DNA of 28,109 nucleotides from Candidatus Krumholzibacteriia bacterium (GCA_036478295.1 JAZGDW010000171.1:1-28109), one strand, 5' to 3'; positions 1 to 8,654 are shown, counted from the first letter of the stretch. Notes: generated by a model not told the origin, from the sequence alone. Program-made: numbers and translations.

Positions 1-1092
1 CCTCCCCGCGCTCGCAAAGTGCTCCTCGACATAGGCCAGTTTCCGGAAGTACTCGTCGAGCGCTTCGTTTTCCTCGGTGCCCGGCGAGGGATCGCGTCGC
101 TGCCAGAACTCGAACCACAACCGCCCGCGCTCGCTCGCGCTCGCCTCCTTTAGTTCCTCGATCTCACCCCGGCGGGCGATCAACGACAACACCTCCAGGG
201 TGTTTTCGAAATGTCGTGTGAGCATCGAACGGGTGAATCCAAGATCGAAATCGAGCATCGATGTGGTAGCGCGCGGTGGATCGAGCAACGCGACCTTCAC
301 ATGAAAACGGTAAGCTCCCGGGTCCCAGTCGTCCACGTTCACCGGTATGATGAAACGATCTTCCGAGCCCGACAGGACGACCTTTTTCTTGCCGTAGAGA
401 ACCTGTGACTTGTCCTGGGCGATAATCTCGTAGGCCACGTCGCAGGCTACCGAATCGCCAAATCTTGTCTCCAGGTAAACATCGAACTCGAATGCCGGTT
501 GTTTGTCGAGTTCGGCGAAACTCCCGGACTCTTTCTGCTCGAGCGTCCAATCGTTTCGAGTCCGTGTCAACACGTCTTCCGAGTAGTAATCACCGATCGG
601 CGCCGCGAAGAGCCTCGGCTTGCTCAACCCCACGCCAGCCTCAGCCAGGTCGGGGACGTTCACCTCTGTTTCCTTGCTGTAGACCAGGTGCGTGGCCTTG
701 ATCTGGATCGTGCATTGCACAACGTAATCGCCCGGCGCGAGCTCGAAACTTCGCGAAAGATTGGATGCACGCTTGTGCGAGCGGGTTTGCTGGTAATCGT
801 CGACGATGACGGTCTCGTTCACAACTGCCGTATCCACCAACTTCTTGCGCTTGGCTTCTATGACCCGGATGTACACCCGGTACTTTGCCTGGTAGGCGCC
901 GTCCACGCGCAGAAAGACGAGTTCGGAATTGGGGATGCTGGCGCTGACCTTGACGGATGACCGGCGATCGGCCATCACGAGCGAGCGCGCATAGAGGGAG
1001 AATCCCGCCGAGTCCGACGGCCCGGCCACCACCGTGAGCGCTGCAAGCGCCCAGAAAAAGCAGCCGCGAAAGCGTTTTTCGATACGATACAC
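1..1092 (-). CDS. GWxTD-domain-containing exported protein, 3'-truncated by the window edge (absent from ORF track)
   Basis: Manual translation gives an open frame from GTG at 1092 (GGGGGA just upstream) to base 1, 364 codons with no stop. It begins MYRIEKRFRGCFFWALAALTVVAGPSDSA (signal-like) and ends ...LWFEFWQRRDPSPGTEENEALDEYFRKLAYVEEHFASAGR, the FW-x3-DP-x-P-x-T-x2-NE segment that precedes the GWxTDRG motif in this family. The motif itself would lie just outside the window. Confidence 0.88.
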   Translation of the reverse strand, partial: MYRIEKRFRGCFFWALAALTVVAGPSDSAGFSLYARSLVMADRRSSVKVSASIPNSELVFLRVDGAYQAKYRVYIRVIEAKRKKLVDTAVVNETVIVDDYQQTRSHKRASNLSRSFELAPGDYVVQCTIQIKATHLVYSKETEVNVPDLAEAGVGLSKPRLFAAPIGDYYSEDVLTRTRNDWTLEQKESGSFAELDKQPAFEFDVYLETRFGDSVACDVAYEIIAQDKSQVLYGKKKVVLSGSEDRFIIPVNVDDWDPGAYRFHVKVALLDPPRATTSMLDFDLGFTRSMLTRHFENTLEVLSLIARRGEIEELKEASASERGRLWFEFWQRRDPSPGTEENEALDEYFRKLAYVEEHFASAGR

Positions 1093-1154
1093 AGCGCATC
1101 CCCCGGTTAGTAAATCTAGTATACCGCTCGTCCGGCGGGCAAGACCTATCCCTT

Positions 1155-2408
1155 CTATTCGTAGCGAAGGGCGTCGACGGGATTGAGGCGGGCGGCCCGT
1201 CGGGCAGGATAAATCCCGAATATGATACCAATGAGAGCGGAGAATACCACCGCGATAATCGTCCACCCGATCGAGAACTGGAACGGGAAATGGATACGAT
1301 TCGAGATCAGCAGCGCGGCGCCGACGCCGAACGCCGTACCGATCAGGCCCCCAATGCCTGTCAGGGTCGCCGATTCCATCAGGAACTGCTGTATGATGTC
1401 CTTCTTGTTGGCGCCCAGCGCCATGCGGATGCCGATCTCCCTCGTGCGCTCCGCGACCGAAATCAGCATGATGTTCATCACACCAATGCCGCCGACCAGC
1501 AAGCCGATCGAGGCAATGATAACGAGAATGAAACTGATCGCAAGCGTGACGCCACCGATGATTTCCAGAAAGGCGGTACTGGAAGTCACATGAAAATTGT
1601 TTTCTTCGCCGGGTCGTACGTGCCGTCGGACGCGCATCACGTGCGTTATCTGTTCCTGGGCCTCCTCGAGCGTATATCCTTCACTTACGTTGGCGGCGAT
1701 CGATGTGTCGTCATCATCCCTCTGAAAATCCTTGTGGTATGACGTGTACGGGATGAGCGCGAAATTGTCGGAAATCGACCCGATAAAATGCTCGCGGTTG
1801 GCGAACGTCCCTAACACACGATAGCGCTGACCGAGGATGTTGACGTACTTACCTATCGGGTTCCCGTGCGGGAACAGATCCTCGGCCGGTCCGTAGCCGA
1901 GCACCACGACCCTCTCGCGATGTAGCTCTTCGAGCCGGGTGTAGGACCTGCCATGCTCGATCGGTAGCGAGAATATCTCCGGAAACGTATAGCCCGATCC
2001 GTCGAGCTCGAGCGGCGCCGTGTGCTCACCCTTGTAGTAGATGACGGCCGGATCATCGTACGTAATGAAATAGCACACCTTGTCCAGCGCCGGACATTGC
2101 GCGTCCAGCGCCGTCGCGTCACCAGGCTCGAGCTTCTTTCGCCGCATGAGTTCCTCGTCGTTCCGACCCGACACGAAGAAATCAAAACGCGTAACGAAGA
2201 TGTAGGGACGGTTGGCCGATTCGAGATCCTTGTTGATCTTTGTGACCAAGCCGGACATGACCGTCACCATCGCAAGGATGGTGGTGATACCGATGGCAAC
2301 GCCCAGAATCAGTAGGCCCGAGCGCATACGGTGCGCGTGGATGATGGCCAGTGCCTGACCCAGGTTTTCCCGCCACAGGTTCTTGGCCGAAACGTGCTTG
2401 TTAGCCAT
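1155..2408 (-). CDS. MacB/FtsX-family ABC transporter permease (no fused ATPase)
   Basis: 417 aa. N-terminal RSGLLILGVAIG TM helix, large periplasmic domain, C-terminal VGGIGVMNIMLISVAERTREIGIRMALGA and PARRAARLNPVDALRYE signatures. Confidence 0.95.
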   Translation of the reverse strand: MANKHVSAKNLWRENLGQALAIIHAHRMRSGLLILGVAIGITTILAMVTVMSGLVTKINKDLESANRPYIFVTRFDFFVSGRNDEELMRRKKLEPGDATALDAQCPALDKVCYFITYDDPAVIYYKGEHTAPLELDGSGYTFPEIFSLPIEHGRSYTRLEELHRERVVVLGYGPAEDLFPHGNPIGKYVNILGQRYRVLGTFANREHFIGSISDNFALIPYTSYHKDFQRDDDDTSIAANVSEGYTLEEAQEQITHVMRVRRHVRPGEENNFHVTSSTAFLEIIGGVTLAISFILVIIASIGLLVGGIGVMNIMLISVAERTREIGIRMALGANKKDIIQQFLMESATLTGIGGLIGTAFGVGAALLISNRIHFPFQFSIGWTIIAVVFSALIGIIFGIYPARRAARLNPVDALRYE

Positions 2409-2440
2409 TGGTCACTGATCCTTTGGCAATCTTTTGTCAC

Positions 2441-2519
2441 TCGCGGGTCCTGTCAGCGAACAGCCCGTCCGTGCTCGCAAGCTGCGCGCGGCCGGGCGCC
2501 CGTTCGCTGCCACCCGCGA
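2441..2519 (+). repeat. Long imperfect hairpin containing a REP-like palindrome (CGCAAGC apex)
   Basis: TCGCGGGT (2441-2448)/ACCCGCGA (2512-2519), CAGCGAAC (2454-2461)/GTTCGCTG (2502-2509), GCCCG/CGGGC and CCGTGC/GCGCGG pair around an apical cGCAAg. Confidence 0.65.
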
Positions 2520-2631
2520 TCGCCCCGGCACAACGTTTCAACCGGCGTCGTGCTTGACGAAGCGGCGACGGCCCATCAACAATTACCAGTGGCAAGTCCC
2601 ACCTCGTACCGGCGTTCTCCCTATCCCAGTT

Positions 2632-2755
2632 GGTGGCGTGGGGAGACAGGTGTTCTCAGGCGAGTTCCGCAGGCGCGCAATCGACTGGGTACGAGCACCT
2701 GGTTCGTGCGCCGAGGACTGTCTGAGCATGAGAACACCTGTCTCCCCGCGCCGCC
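2632..2755 (+). repeat. ~125-nt structured hairpin element, copy 1
   Basis: 19-bp perfect inverted repeat 2640-2658/2729-2747, extended by G-T pairs to 2632/2755. Core GTTCTCAGGCGAGTTCCGCAGGCGCGCAA-N21-GTTCGTGCGCCGAGGACTGTCTGAGC is shared with copy 2. Confidence 0.9.
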
Positions 2756-2873
2756 CCGGAGCGCTAGGCTTGCGGCGCGCGGGGCCGGAAACAGTTTGCC
2801 AGCGGCAGGTTCCACCTCGCAGCCGCCCCCGCGCTCTAGCGCTTGCGGAGCGTGGGCCGGAGACGATTTGTCA
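2752..2873. repeat. Degenerate ~72-bp-period direct repeats with REP-like palindromes
   Basis: 2752-2801 aligns with 2824-2873 (cgcccc..gcgctag-gcttgcgg.gcg.gggccgga.ac..tttg.ca). 2796-2821 also matches 2583-2608 (21/26, all mismatches transitions). Confidence 0.7.
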
Positions 2874-2893
2874 AGCACGACGCCCTTCCACGA

Positions 2894-4129
2894 CTAGCGC
2901 TCGTGGCGCAGGGCGTCGACCGGGTTCAGCATCGACGCGCGGACCGCCGGGTACGTCCCGAAAACCAGCCCCACCGCGATGGTAACTGTAAAGGCCAGCA
3001 CCACGATGACGCCGTCGATCGCATACGGGATCGGGGTTAGCACGGAAACGATGAGCGCGATCAGGAACCCGATCAGCATTCCAAAGACTCCGCCGAAAAA
3101 CGACAGGGTCGACGACTCCACCAGGAACTGCCATACGATGTCCCGACGGCGCGCTCCGAGCGCCTTGCGGATACCGATCTCGTTTGTCCGTTCCGTAACC
3201 GCGACCAGCATCGTGTTCATCAGCACGATTCCGCCAACTATCAAAGACATACTCACCAACACGTAGAGCGCCATCATGATCCCGCCGCTAATCTGTTTCC
3301 AGAGATTGACCAGCTGTTCGCTGGACGACAGGAAGAAATCGTCGTCCTGCGCTGGACGCAAGTGATGCCGCGTGCGCATTGCCAGGCGCGCCTCTTCCAT
3401 TGCCTCGGGCAGGTCGCCCACATCGGCGGTCTTGATGCGGATGTCGACCGACTGTTCGGCACCGAACACTTTCTGGTATGCGCCTATGGGCACGATTACG
3501 AACCGGTCCTGACTCTGCCCGAGTACGGAGCCCTTCTTTTCCGCCACACCGACAATCTGAAAGTGCCGGCGTCCCAGTTTGATCAACACGTCGAGGGGGT
3601 CTCTTGGTTCGACCAGGCCGGTATATACCTCCCACCCCACCACGGCCACTGAGGAGTTTGTCGCCACATCGATGCGGTTCAAGTGCCGGCCGGCGGAAAG
3701 GTCGACATTGTCCAGAAACGGGTAATACTCATCCTGTCCCTTGACTTGGATGTTGCGGAGCGTCTGGTCGCCCAAACTGACCGCAAGGTTGCCCGAAACG
3801 GCCGCACTGACGTACTGCGGAGTGTGAAGCTCGCCTCGAAGCACCTTCACGTCTATGCGCCTTATCGGGGGGTTGTGCCGGATTGCCTTCAGAAAACCGT
3901 CGAAGTCGGTGATGGCTTCCAGGTGGTTGAATCTCTGGACCTTGAAGACATTACTGCCTTCCTGGGCGACCTTCTCGCGGGCGTACCTGTCGATGCCTCT
4001 CAGCAGAGAAGCGACCGTGATGACGGACATGATGCCCACGATGTTACCGAGGAGGGTAAGAACCGTTCGCAGCTTGTTGCCGGCGAGCGCCGTGGCTGCG
4101 ATTCTTATGCCCTCGACAAGGAGCCGCAT
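2894..4129 (-). CDS. MacB/FtsX-family ABC transporter permease (no fused ATPase)
   Basis: 411 aa. NKLRTVLTLLG, VGGIVLMNTMLVAVTERTNEIGIRKALGA and YPAVRASMLNPVDALRHE motifs. Confidence 0.95.
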   Translation of the reverse strand: MRLLVEGIRIAATALAGNKLRTVLTLLGNIVGIMSVITVASLLRGIDRYAREKVAQEGSNVFKVQRFNHLEAITDFDGFLKAIRHNPPIRRIDVKVLRGELHTPQYVSAAVSGNLAVSLGDQTLRNIQVKGQDEYYPFLDNVDLSAGRHLNRIDVATNSSVAVVGWEVYTGLVEPRDPLDVLIKLGRRHFQIVGVAEKKGSVLGQSQDRFVIVPIGAYQKVFGAEQSVDIRIKTADVGDLPEAMEEARLAMRTRHHLRPAQDDDFFLSSSEQLVNLWKQISGGIMMALYVLVSMSLIVGGIVLMNTMLVAVTERTNEIGIRKALGARRRDIVWQFLVESSTLSFFGGVFGMLIGFLIALIVSVLTPIPYAIDGVIVVLAFTVTIAVGLVFGTYPAVRASMLNPVDALRHER

Positions 4130-4132
4130 GCG

Positions 4133-5362
4133 TCACTCGTCCGAGGCGGAGTCTTTCTCCGTCTTGACCGGATCCCCGTCGTGAAGTTCGTTGATGGCTT
4201 TGAAGGGACCACTGACCACAAGTTCACCGATCTGCAGTCCTTTGGTCACCTGGAAATAGTTGCTGCCCGCGATACCGATCGTCACCGGCCGGTAACGGGC
4301 GGTGCCGGAGGCCACAACGAAGACTCCCTCCAGCTCTTCGTTCTTCTCGCCCCCCGCATCCACGTCTGTCGAGTCTGCGGCGTTCTCCATTTCGCTTCGC
4401 TTCCTGACCGTCAGGCATTGAATCGGGATCGAGACCACGGCGTTTTTTTCGGCGACCTTGATTTTTGCGCTTGCGGACAAGCCCGGACGGACGTTGGGGA
4501 TGCGGTCGCTCAGCGTCACCACGACTTTGAAATCAACGGACGACTGCCCCAACCCCACCTGTGTGCGAATGGCGCTGTTTCCCACTTCCGTGACCGTGCC
4601 GCTGAACGAGGTGTCCGGATAGGCGTCGAGCGTGATGATCGCCTCCTGACCCACCTGAATCGACACGACCTCGGTCTCGTCGACTTCTACCTCGGCCTCT
4701 ATTTCAGACAGGTCGGCGACCGTGAGAAGCACCGTTCCCGGGTTGTTCAGCGTCCCCATGATGGCGTTCTCGCCTTCCTCGACGTTCAGCGCGGTGATCA
4801 CACCGGAGATATCGGCCGTTATCCTTACTTGCTTCAGATCGTGCGCCGCCTTGCGAAGGGTCGCTTCGTACTGCGCCAGGGTTTCTTGCGCCGACTTGCT
4901 TTTTGCGCGCGCGATATCGACATTCAGCCGCGCCGTTCTGAGCTCCTGCTCAGAAACTACTTCCTGCTCGCGCAGGGTTACCACCCGCTCGAGATCGTAG
5001 TTCACCTTGCTCAAGTTCGCCTGCTCCATTTCCACCGTGGCCTCGGCGGATCGAATGGAGGCTTCTAACTGGTCGAACATCGACTGGTACTCCGTGGGGT
5101 CGATCTGAAGCAGAAAATCGCCCTTTCGGACACGATCGCCTTCTTTGACGGCAAGTTTGGTGACCTTGCCGATGGCAGAAGCGCTGACGTCGACCTGGCG
5201 TTTGGGTTGGATGCGTCCGGAGGCGGTAACGTACTTGATGATATCCCGCTCTATTACTTCGGACACGCGCACCTCGACCCTGGAGCCTTCCCTGCGCAGG
5301 TTCAACACGACGAGTAGTCCAATCACGGCAACAACGGCGATGATGATCAGACCTTTCTTCAC
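4133..5362 (-). CDS. Efflux periplasmic adaptor / membrane fusion protein (MacA/HlyD family)
   Basis: N-terminal TM anchor, lipoyl half-motifs (GKVTKLAVKEGDRVRKGDFLLQID; ADISGVITALNVEEGE) flanking a coiled coil. Start moved to GTG 5362 because AGGAGG lies at 5368-5373 (ORF track start 5380). Confidence 0.93.
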   Translation of the reverse strand: MKKGLIIIAVVAVIGLLVVLNLRREGSRVEVRVSEVIERDIIKYVTASGRIQPKRQVDVSASAIGKVTKLAVKEGDRVRKGDFLLQIDPTEYQSMFDQLEASIRSAEATVEMEQANLSKVNYDLERVVTLREQEVVSEQELRTARLNVDIARAKSKSAQETLAQYEATLRKAAHDLKQVRITADISGVITALNVEEGENAIMGTLNNPGTVLLTVADLSEIEAEVEVDETEVVSIQVGQEAIITLDAYPDTSFSGTVTEVGNSAIRTQVGLGQSSVDFKVVVTLSDRIPNVRPGLSASAKIKVAEKNAVVSIPIQCLTVRKRSEMENAADSTDVDAGGEKNEELEGVFVVASGTARYRPVTIGIAGSNYFQVTKGLQIGELVVSGPFKAINELHDGDPVKTEKDSASDE

Positions 5363-5379
5363 GGAAGCCTCCTCTATCA

Positions 5380-6069
5380 CTACGGCGCGCTGCCCGTGCG
5401 GGTGTCTGAATCGACCTTCCCGTCGAGCATACGTACGATCCGCCGGCTATATTTGGAAATCTCAGCTTCGTGGGTGACCACGATAATCGTGTTGCCCTGT
5501 TCGTGCAGTCCCGTCAACACGTCCATAATCTCGGCGCTGGTCTTGCTGTCGAGGTTTCCCGTCGGCTCGTCGGCCAGGAGGATAGAGGGGTTGTTGACCA
5601 GCGCACGGGCGATCGCAACGCGCTGCCGCTGCCCGCCCGAGAGCTCGCTGGGACGGTGCTCGGCCCGGTCTTCCAGACTCACCGAGCGAAGCGCCTCCCA
5701 CACGCGCTCGCGCCTCCGCGCGCCGCTGACACCGGCGTAGACCAACGGCAGCTCGACATTGCGGAAAGCCGTCGAACGGGGCAGCAGGTTGAAGGTCTGA
5801 AAAACGAATCCGACCTCTTGGTTGCGGATACGAGCGAGCTCGCTGTCCTGCAGCTGAGTGACGTCGCGACCGTTCAGCTCGTACGTGCCCGACGTGGGGG
5901 TGTCGAGACAGCCGATGATGTTCATGAACGTGGTCTTGCCCGAACCGGAAGGACCCATCAGCGCCACATAGTCGTTGCTCTCGATCTCGAGATCGACGCC
6001 GTCGACCGCGCGGATGGTCTGGGTGCCCATGTTGAAGAACTTGCAGATTGCCCGCATGCGTATCAGCAT
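5380..6069 (-). CDS. ABC transporter ATP-binding protein (MacB/LolD-like)
   Basis: Walker A GPSGSGKT, signature LSGGQRQR, Walker [14 protein letters not shown]-loop VTHE. Start uncertain (6099, 6069 or 6057). Confidence 0.95.
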   Translation of the reverse strand: MLIRMRAICKFFNMGTQTIRAVDGVDLEIESNDYVALMGPSGSGKTTFMNIIGCLDTPTSGTYELNGRDVTQLQDSELARIRNQEVGFVFQTFNLLPRSTAFRNVELPLVYAGVSGARRRERVWEALRSVSLEDRAEHRPSELSGGQRQRVAIARALVNNPSILLADEPTGNLDSKTSAEIMDVLTGLHEQGNTIIVVTHEAEISKYSRRIVRMLDGKVDSDTRTGSAP

Positions 6070-6115
6070 AACCTCGACGAACGCCGCGCATCCACCCATG
6101 CCGCGGGCTTTCTGG

Positions 6116-7450
6116 TTAGTCGGTAGTTACAGGGCGACCGGTCGCTCTTAGCAAGTCCGCCTTCGAGATGAGGTAGTCGATCCGGGCCTCGATCAGTGAA
6201 GACTGCGCCTCCGTAAGCGAAACGCCCGCCTCGATGGTTTCGAGTATGGTTCCGGCCCCCACGCGGTAGCGCTCCTCCGCCAGCCGCAGGTTCTCCTTGG
6301 CCTGTTCGACCGTCTCGCCGGACACCCTCATCCGTTCGTCCGCCTCCCTCAGTCCCAGAAAGATGGTCTTGGTCTCGAGAATGGCGTCCAGCTTGGCCTG
6401 CTGGAGGTTGTACTCCGCGATGCGGCCCTGCGCCTGCGCGTCGAGTATCGTCGACTTGGTGGCGAAACGGTCGAAGATATTATAATTCAACACGACACCG
6501 ACATTCCATGAATAATCGTTCTTGAAGAAGTTTGAGTTGTCAGGGTACCTGCGATCGTTCCAGCCGTAGGACATCGTCGCCGCGAGTGTGGGCCAGCGGC
6601 TGTTACGCGCCGCGGCCGCGTTGGCGTCCGCCGCCCTCACCCGCTGACGACTGGCCAGGAGGTCCGAGCGGTGGACGAGCATGTACTCGACCTCGCTTTC
6701 GAATTGCGGGGTCACCTTGCGTATTTTGATCGTGTCCGACACCTCGAAGGCCCGGCCCAGGCCGAAGTTCAGACGCGACGCCAGTGTCGCGCGGGCGATC
6801 TCCTCGTTGTTCTTCGCCGTGATGAGCATCAGCTGCGTGTTGCCGAGGCGCACCTTGGCCTGGAGAACGTCTGCACGGGTATTGGAGCCGATCCTGAAAA
6901 ACGCCTCCACCTGCTCGAGGTTGCGCCGGGCCGCGGCCACGCTCTCTTCCTGCACCGCCGTCAGGTTCTTTGTTCTCACGGAGTTGTAGTATTCGCGGAT
7001 GACCAGAGCCGTCACGTTGTCCCCCTGGTAGGCCAGGTCGTACCCCGCGGCCTCCGCTGAGCGCTTCGAACTGCTCAGCGACTTGACGTTCACGCCCCAG
7101 TCGAACAGGTTCATGTTCGAATTGATGGAGAACGAATAGGACTCGAAATCGAAACCGGTCTGGTCGATCGGACGACCCTGGGCATCGACGGCGACCGACT
7201 GAGTCGGTCCGACGAAGGTGCGCCCGGCGTACGTGCTGACCGTTGCGTTGGGCAGAAACCGCCCGTAGTTGCTGAGGATGCTCTGACGGGCCGACTGCAA
7301 CCGCTCCCGCGCGATGCCGACGACGGTCGAGTTATCCTTGGCGATGCGGACAGCGTCCTCCAGGGACAGGATATCCCCCTGCGCGAACGCCGTGGACGAG
7401 AAAACCAATAGACCCAGAACAAGTGTCAGATACAAGAGACCGCGTTTCAT
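6116..7450 (-). CDS. TolC-family outer-membrane efflux protein
   Basis: Signal peptide ending [18 protein letters not shown], two OEP-type repeats, [14 protein letters not shown]. Adjacent to ATPase, adaptor and permeases. Confidence 0.93.
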   Translation of the reverse strand: MKRGLLYLTLVLGLLVFSSTAFAQGDILSLEDAVRIAKDNSTVVGIARERLQSARQSILSNYGRFLPNATVSTYAGRTFVGPTQSVAVDAQGRPIDQTGFDFESYSFSINSNMNLFDWGVNVKSLSSSKRSAEAAGYDLAYQGDNVTALVIREYYNSVRTKNLTAVQEESVAAARRNLEQVEAFFRIGSNTRADVLQAKVRLGNTQLMLITAKNNEEIARATLASRLNFGLGRAFEVSDTIKIRKVTPQFESEVEYMLVHRSDLLASRQRVRAADANAAAARNSRWPTLAATMSYGWNDRRYPDNSNFFKNDYSWNVGVVLNYNIFDRFATKSTILDAQAQGRIAEYNLQQAKLDAILETKTIFLGLREADERMRVSGETVEQAKENLRLAEERYRVGAGTILETIEAGVSLTEAQSSLIEARIDYLISKADLLRATGRPVTTD

Positions 7451-7535
7451 ATGCTCACCTTCCGGAGATTTGGTTAAAGCGAGTAGCCAGGGTAGTTACA
7501 GAGGAAATTACGAAAAGTCCCTTTGGCAGGTTGCA

Positions 7536-7565
7536 ATTATAGGCCTCGGGGGGCCGGAATAGGAA
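7536..7565 (-). promoter_or_regulatory. Possible sigma70 promoter for the tolC efflux genes
   Basis: Perfect TATAAT (7541-7536) in an AT-rich spacer. The -35 (TTCCTA, 18-nt spacing) is only 3/6. Confidence 0.4.
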
Positions 7566-7606
7566 GAAAAAATCGGATTTGCGGGGTGCCGGACACGCGG
7601 CGCGCT

Positions 7607-8236
7607 CTAATGCAGCCTGAAAATGAACGGAATCATCACGTGCGCCTTGACCGGTGTCGTACGCTGTTTGGCCGGGCTGAAACGGCACCTCCTGGCCGCC
7701 GCTAGCGCGGATTTCACCATGGCGGGAGTGACGTCCGAGCTGATCAACTCGGCTGTAAGCACCTTTCCATCCTCGGCAACGAGAACTTTGATACGGACCG
7801 TCCCTTCGATACCCGCCTCCCGTGCCAGGTCGGGATACTCCGGAACCTCGAAGTGGGTCAGCCGCGGCGGCTCGTCGAACGCAAGAAATACGCCCCCTCC
7901 ACTTCCACCGGGAGGCGGAGGTGGGGGCAGGTCGTCGAAAGTGTCGAAGCTCGTCTCCGGCAGATCCTCGGATTCATCGGCTTCGTCGTCCGCGGCCTCC
8001 ACGGGAACCTGGGGCATGGCCACTTCTTTTGGCGGTGGAGGAATCTCGATATTGTCCGGGATGTCGACAACCTCGAACCTTTCCTCGTTCAGCCTGTACG
8101 GCTTGAAGGTGAAGGGAGGCGAGAGCACGAAGAGGAGAACATGGAAAATGACGGCCCCGTACAGCGCGTTCCGGACGTACTTCGAGTATTTCTGCTTGAA
8201 CTCTTTGTTCGCGCTTATCTGTATCGCGATGGCCAC
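7607..8236 (-). CDS. tonB: Energy transducer TonB
   Basis: N-terminal TM with conserved His (GAVIFHVLLF), Pro-rich linker (IEIPPPPKE, LPPPPPPGG), C-terminal YPDLAREAGIEGTV...FSPAKQ TonB_C domain. GGAGG RBS. Confidence 0.93.
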   Translation of the reverse strand: MAIAIQISANKEFKQKYSKYVRNALYGAVIFHVLLFVLSPPFTFKPYRLNEERFEVVDIPDNIEIPPPPKEVAMPQVPVEAADDEADESEDLPETSFDTFDDLPPPPPPGGSGGGVFLAFDEPPRLTHFEVPEYPDLAREAGIEGTVRIKVLVAEDGKVLTAELISSDVTPAMVKSALAAARRCRFSPAKQRTTPVKAHVMIPFIFRLH

Positions 8237-8240
8237 GTGC

Positions 8241-8654
8241 CTAGCCTCCGGATTTTTCCGGGTCCGCCGTAAAGGATACCCTCACCGCGTTCGCGCTCTT
8301 GAGCTGCTCCATCACTTCGGACACGATTCCGTTCGGTGTCCTCTGATCGGCGTTGAAGGCGACGATGAGCAGCGGGTTTTCGCGCAGCGCGCTGGTCACG
8401 ATGTCCGCAATCTGTGGCGTCTGGACGATCTTGTCCTGGATCGCGATGTTACCTATTGCATCGATCCACACCCGCATGGTCCGTTCACGCTTTTGCTTGG
8501 CCGCGGTCTCCGCCCGCGGCAGCGTGATGGTCAGACCGTCCTCCATCTTGAAAATAGTGGTCACCATGAAGAAAATCAACAGCAGGAACGCGATATCCGC
8601 CATGGAGGACGTCGGCACGTTGTTTTCGATTTTTGACTCTCGTTTGAATCTCAT
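8241..8654 (-). CDS. exbD: ExbD/TolR biopolymer transport protein (second copy)
   Basis: SSMADIAFLLLIFFMVTT TM with the essential Asp; C-terminal ADQRTPNGIVSEVMEQLK. Confidence 0.92.
   Translation of the reverse strand: MRFKRESKIENNVPTSSMADIAFLLLIFFMVTTIFKMEDGLTITLPRAETAAKQKRERTMRVWIDAIGNIAIQDKIVQTPQIADIVTSALRENPLLIVAFNADQRTPNGIVSEVMEQLKSANAVRVSFTADPEKSGG

Larger units (their letters stand above)
2544..2884. repeat. 341-bp segment bounded by 32-bp imperfect inverted repeats (MITE-like or large stem)
   Basis: GGCGTCGTGCTTGAC (2544-2558) is the exact reverse complement of 2870-2884. Pairing continues in the same register to CGGCCCA (2569-2575)/TGGGCCG (2853-2859). No clean target-site duplication. 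Confidence 0.7.

Noticed and set aside
164..1231. Minus-strand ORFs 164-550 and 641-1231 suggesting a frameshifted pseudogene
   Set aside because: A third frame is continuously open from 1092 to base 1 and encodes the GWxTD-type protein.
2583..2873. Possible CRISPR mini-array (26-nt repeats, ~72-bp period)
   Set aside because: Only two degenerate copies of each unit, the would-be spacers are themselves repeated, and there are no cas genes.
2331..2985. ORFs across the permease spacer (2331-2897, 2434-2985, 2621-2878) and across copy 2 (20084-20365, 20292-21182) sharing peptides such as SDSPRRTN
   Set aside because: The shared peptides simply reflect the DNA repeat. The ORFs are Arg/Pro/Ala-rich, overlap real genes and have no transposase motifs.
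3683..5068. Long plus-strand ORFs (also 7623-8636, 11644-12672, 13977-14930, 19555-20592, 22976-24328, 26029-27336)
   Set aside because: They are antisense shadows of well-supported minus-strand genes, expected from high-GC codon bias, and show no recognisable motifs.
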